DNA from: Bacteroidales bacterium
GTDB taxonomy: Bacteria; Bacteroidota; Bacteroidia; Bacteroidales; UBA932
Direction of reading: 5' to 3'
NCBI GenBank assembly: GCA_024401795.1
Contig: JAKSKJ010000001.1
Span: 1-40,334, forward strand
Length of the DNA stretch: 40,334 nt
Positions 35,801 through 40,334 of the stretch are shown here, piece by piece (position 1 is the stretch's first letter; each line of letters begins with the position of its first letter). The notes below the pieces were generated by a model. That model was not told the DNA's origin, did not search any database, and saw only the letters and a program-made list of their open reading frames with translations. Position numbers and translations under genes: made by a program.

Positions 35801-37391
35801 GGATCCGAGAGGCTGCGCCAGCGGGGATATTCAGGTAAAAGGCAGCATAAATGCACCCCGGCTCAGCAGCAACAACCTCACACTCAAGGATGCCTCCTTC
35901 AGATTGCTGACCACTGGCGCGGCATACATCTTGAACGGGCCCATAGTACTCAACGGGAGAAGTCTGGAATTCAACGGAATAAGTCTTTCCGACGAGAAAG
36001 GAGGAAAAGGGCTGATGGACGGGAAACTCATTCTCGGGGAGGATGGCATTCCGTATATCGACGCCGGACTGCAAATGCAGGGGCTTCAACTTGCCAACCT
36101 TCAGGAAGGAAACAGGAACGGACTCTACGGGAATCTTGCGGCTGCAGGAAACGTCAGGGTAAAAGGGAAACTTGACGACCTCAACATAAGCGGCAGAGTC
36201 TCCACATTCGGTCCGGGCAACGTTCACGTGCCGCTCAATACGGCAACAGCCGCTACCAGCAGCGATCTGCTCAGCTTCAAGAAAAGCGCCGGAGACATCT
36301 ACGTCGATCCGTACGAACTTATGTTGAACGAAAGGAAAAACTCAAAGCAGAAGCATAAGGGCAACGTACGTCTCAACCTCAGCATCACTGCCAACAGAGA
36401 GGTCAACGCAATGCTGGAGCTCAACAAATCCACGGGCAACGTGATTACCGCCAACGGAGACGGCAAGGTCAATCTGGATATGGAAACGGCAAGCGGGAAG
36501 ACCAGTCTGACCGGAGACTACATCATACGGGGCGGAAGTTTTCACTTTGAAGTTCCGGGAATAGTCAAGAAGTCATTCGACCTGAAAGATGACAGCTCCG
36601 TAAAGTTCAACGGCGACATCAAGAACAGCACGATGGACATCAATGCGGTCTATAAACTCAAGACTTCCCTGTCGGCCCTGCTCTCGGACTCCACCTCCAT
36701 TTCCACCCGACGCCCCGTGGAATGCACCATCAACCTTCGCGGCCAGCTTCAGAATCCCAGGATAAGTTTCGGAATAGAAGTGCCGGACCTCGATCCCAAC
36801 AGCAAGACAAAAATGGCGGAGGCACTCAACACCGAAGACAAGATTCAAAGACAGTTCATCGCCCTTCTCGTTATGGGAACTTTCCTGCCCAACGAACAGT
36901 CGGGAGTCGTGAACGGAACCAACATCCTGTATTCCAACGTCGGCGAGATAATGTCCAACCAGCTCAACAACATCCTGCAGAAACTCGACATCCCGCTTGA
37001 CCTCGGCCTGGGATACCAGCAGAACAAGGGAGGCACCGACATCTTCGACGTCGCAATCTCCACGCAGCTCTTCAACAACAGGGTCGAGATTGGAGGCACC
37101 GTGGGCAACAGGCAATACAAGACTTCCAAGAATCCGTATGGAGACGTTGTGGGAGACATAGACATATCCGTCAAACTGGACAAACAGGGGCAGGTCAAAC
37201 TCAACCTGTTCTCTCACTCCGCCGACGAGTTCACGAGTTTCCTCGATTATTCACAGAGGAACGGCATAGGCGTGACTTATTCGCGGGAATACGACAATTT
37301 CTGGAAAATGCTGAAGGAAATATTCTCCAAGGAAAAAAAGAAGGAGCGGGAGGCAAGACGGGAGAAGAAAACGCTCAGAATAAAACAATGA
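32856..37391 (+). CDS. tamB: Translocation/assembly module TamB-like protein
   Basis: About 1510 aa with an N-terminal membrane anchor, long beta-rich body and DUF490-like C-terminus (INAVYK, QFIALLVMGTF, STQLFNNRV, GDIDI, GIGVTY). Divergent from tsaD. Confidence 0.85.
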   Translation: MKIKDPAGRTAGIVAIVLIAITMVTGNSAVQTRLVHIFTGKLKDSINGEILIGNISVKSFSTIVIDDLVILDNEPALDIHNKGFAPSDTLFRAEKVTGKFSLRSLFSGKGMHFSRFEIDDAVFNMVSETSGNWKNNYQRIFRTATAPEVPVAGPQIFDIRKLRFRNFNFRMIDMTKPVHKYKGAGFDWQYLDLMISELNARDVRFGGRKLTLNLTDLTFTEGNGYGPARLKGDFDIGMGDFIIRDFQLTDSGTELNVPDITMSYKNAYSFADFSRKVHFDNIQVGRSEVSGQTLNSILGLLPGNSLVFDVETLNVNGYVNDLNVKSFRLVERNSGTYIDQTGRVSGLCTFPDVFIDSGIKQLKFTSSGLAALLPSPSEGTAAKMRNFAPGETLLFSGRACGRLNELSVDADLRLGTGRFSSKATISNLGDKKRKTEIKGIAETDNFNLGKLLNKKALGEFTACAGLQAILTKEETSVLIDSFKIDRLNALGYDYSGIKAMGRMTGRNFDGKIVCNDPNLNFLFQGICNFSTKTQNARYNFFANLAYADLKALNLDRRENVGTSRASCRMSSDFLRIVKGDGTGDIKIRDIILEDDNGEHLIGDATVESGTGSDGYRIKFSSNFADGWFSGTGSIPGFVKDLKYATTRRHLPSLYALTDRETERETGNYSVDFSFHDSRDLLSFIKPGLYIADSTAFHLDLGKNGNLLATLESPRLALSRNYLRNSVTSVDNTGGILLLTSANEEVRAADRIMHNARLNVSAEKDSVRMDLLFDGKDKESEFGEIHADGLFSRDSKDSLEILLRPLRSSIRNKERIWNIAKSSIRIKGGDVDVDTFRISSNVQELIIKGGLSKSSHDSLSLDLKNIELGMARGFTAKDYGIEGNANGHAAIVSPLGKEMQIFIDVLCDSLKVGNQDVGTMALYGNWDKTDSRLNLGIEGEKNGEIPILAGGFFDPDEKKINFNARLDKFNLAVAEPLVEKFISDPRGCASGDIQVKGSINAPRLSSNNLTLKDASFRLLTTGAAYILNGPIVLNGRSLEFNGISLSDEKGGKGLMDGKLILGEDGIPYIDAGLQMQGLQLANLQEGNRNGLYGNLAAAGNVRVKGKLDDLNISGRVSTFGPGNVHVPLNTATAATSSDLLSFKKSAGDIYVDPYELMLNERKNSKQKHKGNVRLNLSITANREVNAMLELNKSTGNVITANGDGKVNLDMETASGKTSLTGDYIIRGGSFHFEVPGIVKKSFDLKDDSSVKFNGDIKNSTMDINAVYKLKTSLSALLSDSTSISTRRPVECTINLRGQLQNPRISFGIEVPDLDPNSKTKMAEALNTEDKIQRQFIALLVMGTFLPNEQSGVVNGTNILYSNVGEIMSNQLNNILQKLDIPLDLGLGYQQNKGGTDIFDVAISTQLFNNRVEIGGTVGNRQYKTSKNPYGDVVGDIDISVKLDKQGQVKLNLFSHSADEFTSFLDYSQRNGIGVTYSREYDNFWKMLKEIFSKEKKKEREARREKKTLRIKQ

Positions 37392-38620
37392 AGATAGCTT
37401 TCCTGACACTCGGCTGCAAACTGAATTATGCCGAAACCTCCACCTATGAACGCGGATTCCGAAACGCGGGCTGGGAGGTCGTATCCTGGAAAGACAACGC
37501 TGACGTATATCTCGTCAACACCTGCTCCGTCACAGCCACGTCGGACAGCAAGTCACGAAACCTCATCCGCAAAGTCCACCGGGTAAACCCGAAAGCGGAA
37601 ATACTCGTGACGGGCTGCAGCGCCGAACTCAGACGACCCGAAATAGAAGCCATCGAGGGTGTCACCCGGGTTTACGGAGCCACCGAAAAATCCCGTATCG
37701 TATCCGATTGCACCGGAATCACAGGCTCCACCGACACGGCAGGCGGCGTTTTTGCCGCATACAGCAGCGGAGAGCGCACCAGATCCTTCCTTAAGGTGCA
37801 GGACGGATGCGACAATTTCTGCAAATACTGCACTGTCCCCTACGCCAGAGGACGCAGCCGAAACGTTCCAATCTGCGAATGTGTGCGTATGGCTCGGGAA
37901 ATCGCCGCTCTCGGGGTGAAGGAAATCGTCCTTACCGGTGTCAACACCGGAGATTTCGGACGCACAACCGGAGAAAGCTTCCCCGACCTGCTCAAGGCGC
38001 TCAATGAAGTGGAAGGCATAGAAAGATACCGGATTTCCAGCATAGAGCCCAACCTCATCACGGAGGAAATCATCGACTGGATTGCTTCGGGCACAAAATT
38101 CCAGCCTCATTTCCACATTCCGCTCCAGACCGGTTCCGACACGTTGCTCCGAAAGATGGGCCGGCGTTACGACACGGAATTCTTCCTGAGCCGCATCAAT
38201 TATATCCGAAGCCGGATGGAAGGTCCCGGCAAGCCGAAGGTGTTTTTCGGGATAGACGTTATGGCGGGCCTTCCCGGCGAAACTGAAGAACTTTTCAACG
38301 AAACGCTTGATTTCATCAGAAAGCTTGCGCCTTCGTTCATACACGTCTTCCCCTACTCCAGACGCCCCGGCACCCCGGCCGCGGCGATGCCCGGTCAGGT
38401 AGGCGAGGAAGAAAAGTCACGGAGGGTGGAAATCCTTGAAGAATTGTGCCGTCAGCTTCAGGAATCATTCCTGCAGAGCAACAGAGGCATAAGGGAACAG
38501 GTCCTTTTCGAATCCAAAGACAAGGACGGGATGATGTCCGGCTACACCGGCAACTACATAAGAATCACCAGGCCGTACGACAAAAATCTCGTAGGCAAAC
38601 TTGTTGAAACGACAATATGA
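37388..38620 (+). CDS. mtaB: tRNA t6A37 methylthiotransferase
   Basis: TLGCKLNYAET, NTCSVT, VTGC, radical-SAM KVQDGCDNFCKYC, RISSIEP and HVFPYSRRPGT motifs. Confidence 0.95.
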   Translation: MKIAFLTLGCKLNYAETSTYERGFRNAGWEVVSWKDNADVYLVNTCSVTATSDSKSRNLIRKVHRVNPKAEILVTGCSAELRRPEIEAIEGVTRVYGATEKSRIVSDCTGITGSTDTAGGVFAAYSSGERTRSFLKVQDGCDNFCKYCTVPYARGRSRNVPICECVRMAREIAALGVKEIVLTGVNTGDFGRTTGESFPDLLKALNEVEGIERYRISSIEPNLITEEIIDWIASGTKFQPHFHIPLQTGSDTLLRKMGRRYDTEFFLSRINYIRSRMEGPGKPKVFFGIDVMAGLPGETEELFNETLDFIRKLAPSFIHVFPYSRRPGTPAAAMPGQVGEEEKSRRVEILEELCRQLQESFLQSNRGIREQVLFESKDKDGMMSGYTGNYIRITRPYDKNLVGKLVETTI

Positions 38621-39483
38621 CAATATCCGAACAAAAAGCAAGACTCACGTTTCTGGGCACGGGAACGTCATCCGGCATTCCGATGCTGGGATGCAAGTGC
38701 GAAGTATGCCATTCCGGGGATCCGAAAGACAAAAGGCTCAGGGCATCCGCTCTTGTGGAGTACGGAGGGCTCAGCATTCTGGTTGACTGCGGCCCTGATT
38801 TCCGGGCACAGGCCATACGCGCCGGCATCACGCATCTTGACGGCATACTGCTGACTCACAATCATATGGACCACGTTGGCGGACTTGACGACACCCGGGC
38901 ACTCAATCTGTGCGAAAGTCACCCGGTCAACATATATTGTGAGAAATATGTGGAGGACTCGCTTCGCCGTTCCTACGCTTATGCTTTCGCGGAACCGAGA
39001 TACCAGGGAGCACCCGAATGGAAGATGCATACCATAGACAACCGTCCGTTCAAGGTATATTCCAATGCGGGAGATGAAGTCCTCAAATGGGAGAAAGGCT
39101 TCGGCTACCACCATCTCCCGGCAGAAAACGTGGAAGTCAAATCAGTGGAAGTCATACCCATACAAGGCTGGCACCTCAAGGAGAAGCAGATTTCCGTCCT
39201 CGGGTACAGGTTCGGCAACATCGCCTACCTCACGGATATGAACCTCATAGAAGACGAAGAATTCGAAAAGCTCAAGGGACTGGACGCCGTCACCATAAAT
39301 TGCGTGAAACCCGGCCCGCACCATTCGCATTTCTCTCTTCAGGAATGTCTCGATTTCTTCGGAAGAGTCAATGCCAGAACCTCCTACATCACCCACCTTT
39401 CACACCTTCTCCCCTGCCACGAGGAATTCGAGCGCATGCTCCCGGAGAACGTTCACCCAGCCTACGACGGGCTCACAATTTGA
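38617..39483 (+). CDS. MBL-fold metallo-hydrolase (PhnP/YycJ-like)
   Basis: FLGTGTSSGIP, CxCxxC, DCGPDFR, THNHMDH, YLTD, THLSH and AYDGL motifs. Confidence 0.92.
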   Translation: MTISEQKARLTFLGTGTSSGIPMLGCKCEVCHSGDPKDKRLRASALVEYGGLSILVDCGPDFRAQAIRAGITHLDGILLTHNHMDHVGGLDDTRALNLCESHPVNIYCEKYVEDSLRRSYAYAFAEPRYQGAPEWKMHTIDNRPFKVYSNAGDEVLKWEKGFGYHHLPAENVEVKSVEVIPIQGWHLKEKQISVLGYRFGNIAYLTDMNLIEDEEFEKLKGLDAVTINCVKPGPHHSHFSLQECLDFFGRVNARTSYITHLSHLLPCHEEFERMLPENVHPAYDGLTI

Positions 39484-39486
39484 TAT

Positions 39487-40188
39487 ATGGGAAAACTCTA
39501 CCTCATACCATCACCGCTTGGCGACAACGATCCGGCCGAAGTGCTTCCGGCATCGCTGCTCGCCCTGCTGCCCACATTGAAGCTTTTCATCGTGGAGGAG
39601 ACCAGAACGGCACGTCGCTTCCTGTCACGCGCGGGCCTCAAGGGCCACATAGATGAACTGGAGTTCCACGAACTCAACGAGCATACGACCGCCGACGGAG
39701 TGGCCGCACTGCTGCCCCTTCTGGAGAACTCCGACGCGGGGCTCATCTCCGAAGCGGGATTGCCCGCCGTCGCCGACCCGGGAGCCGCCCTTGTTGCTCT
39801 CTGCCACAAAAAGGGAATTGAAGTGGTTCCTCTGGTAGGCCCTTCATCCCTTATGCTGGCCCTTATGGCGTCCGGACTCGACGGCCAGTCATTCGCCTTC
39901 CGGGGCTATCTCCCGGCCAAGACGGAAGAGCGCCGTTCCGCCCTGAAGGCCGTCGAAAAACAATCGGCCCAACTTCACCAGAGCGAAATCTTCATAGAAA
40001 CTCCATACCGCAACGACTCGCTGTTCGCCGATATGAAAGCCGGGCTCTCCCCTTCCACGCGCATCTGCGTGGCGGCGGACATAACCCTGCCTGCGCAGTT
40101 CATCCGCACCAAAACAGTTGCCGAATGGCGCCGGGAGAAAGATTTCACCATCGGAAAAAGGCCCTGTGTATTCATAATTCTCGCATAA
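39487..40188 (+). CDS. RsmI-like SAM-dependent (tetrapyrrole methylase family) methyltransferase
   Basis: LYLIPSPLG, LNEH, SEAGLPAVADPG, VGPSS, F.GYLP and FIETPYRN motifs. Confidence 0.88.
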   Translation: MGKLYLIPSPLGDNDPAEVLPASLLALLPTLKLFIVEETRTARRFLSRAGLKGHIDELEFHELNEHTTADGVAALLPLLENSDAGLISEAGLPAVADPGAALVALCHKKGIEVVPLVGPSSLMLALMASGLDGQSFAFRGYLPAKTEERRSALKAVEKQSAQLHQSEIFIETPYRNDSLFADMKAGLSPSTRICVAADITLPAQFIRTKTVAEWRREKDFTIGKRPCVFIILA

Positions 40189-40189
40189 T

Positions 40190-40334
40190 ATGAAAAGATT
40201 TTCAATATTAGCCCTGCTGCTGGTCACAGCTTCCTGCATCAGACCTGTTGACCTCAGCTGCGAATATGTGAAGGATCCCGCCTGCGTGGATGCCTTCCAG
40301 CCGCGTCTGTCGTGGATAAACAAAGCCGTCCCGG
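40190..40334 (+). CDS. 5' end of a probable GH78 alpha-L-rhamnosidase-type lipoprotein (partial)
   Basis: Manual translation MKRFSILALLLVTASCIRPVDLSCEYVKDPACVDAFQPRLSWINKAVP: lipobox-like TASC and the L.CEY..P..VD..PRLSW N-terminal motif. Confidence 0.65.
   Translation, partial: MKRFSILALLLVTASCIRPVDLSCEYVKDPACVDAFQPRLSWINKAVP

Overview
A compact, mostly housekeeping chromosomal segment from a Bacteroidales bacterium. The taxon is inferred from recurrent TAnnTTTG -7 promoter elements, a short Bacteroidota-type RpoD, a Bacteroidota-type SRP RNA and overall gene content. It holds about 30 CDSs: a fRMsr(GAF)-MsrA fusion, HD hydrolase, two GT2s, an OMP-like protein, ClC-CBS, argS, rpoD, degP, dnaN, a DnaQ-like exonuclease, fucP-fucI, CNNM, a GH36/phosphoesterase/ROK cluster, HI0933 flavoprotein, LemA/DUF2207, mnmA, an orphan FAD oxidoreductase, tsaD, tamB, mtaB, an MBL hydrolase, an RsmI-like methylase and a partial GH78. 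It also carries tRNA-Ser(GGA), tRNA-Thr(CGT) and the SRP RNA (ffs). I see no mobile element, CRISPR array, prophage or defence island, and no clearly new multi-gene system. The best leads are: (1) the fRMsr-MsrA fusion; (2) an unlisted 52-aa nitroreductase remnant with an apparent in-frame internal deletion; (3) four back-to-back promoter pairs with near-identical geometry and probable leaderless mRNAs; (4) a UUCG terminator-like hairpin just before rpoD; (5) a three-copy REP-like palindrome cluster; (6) an uncharacterised flavoprotein coupled to tsaD among RNA-modification genes. All family assignments come from motif recognition, not database searches.
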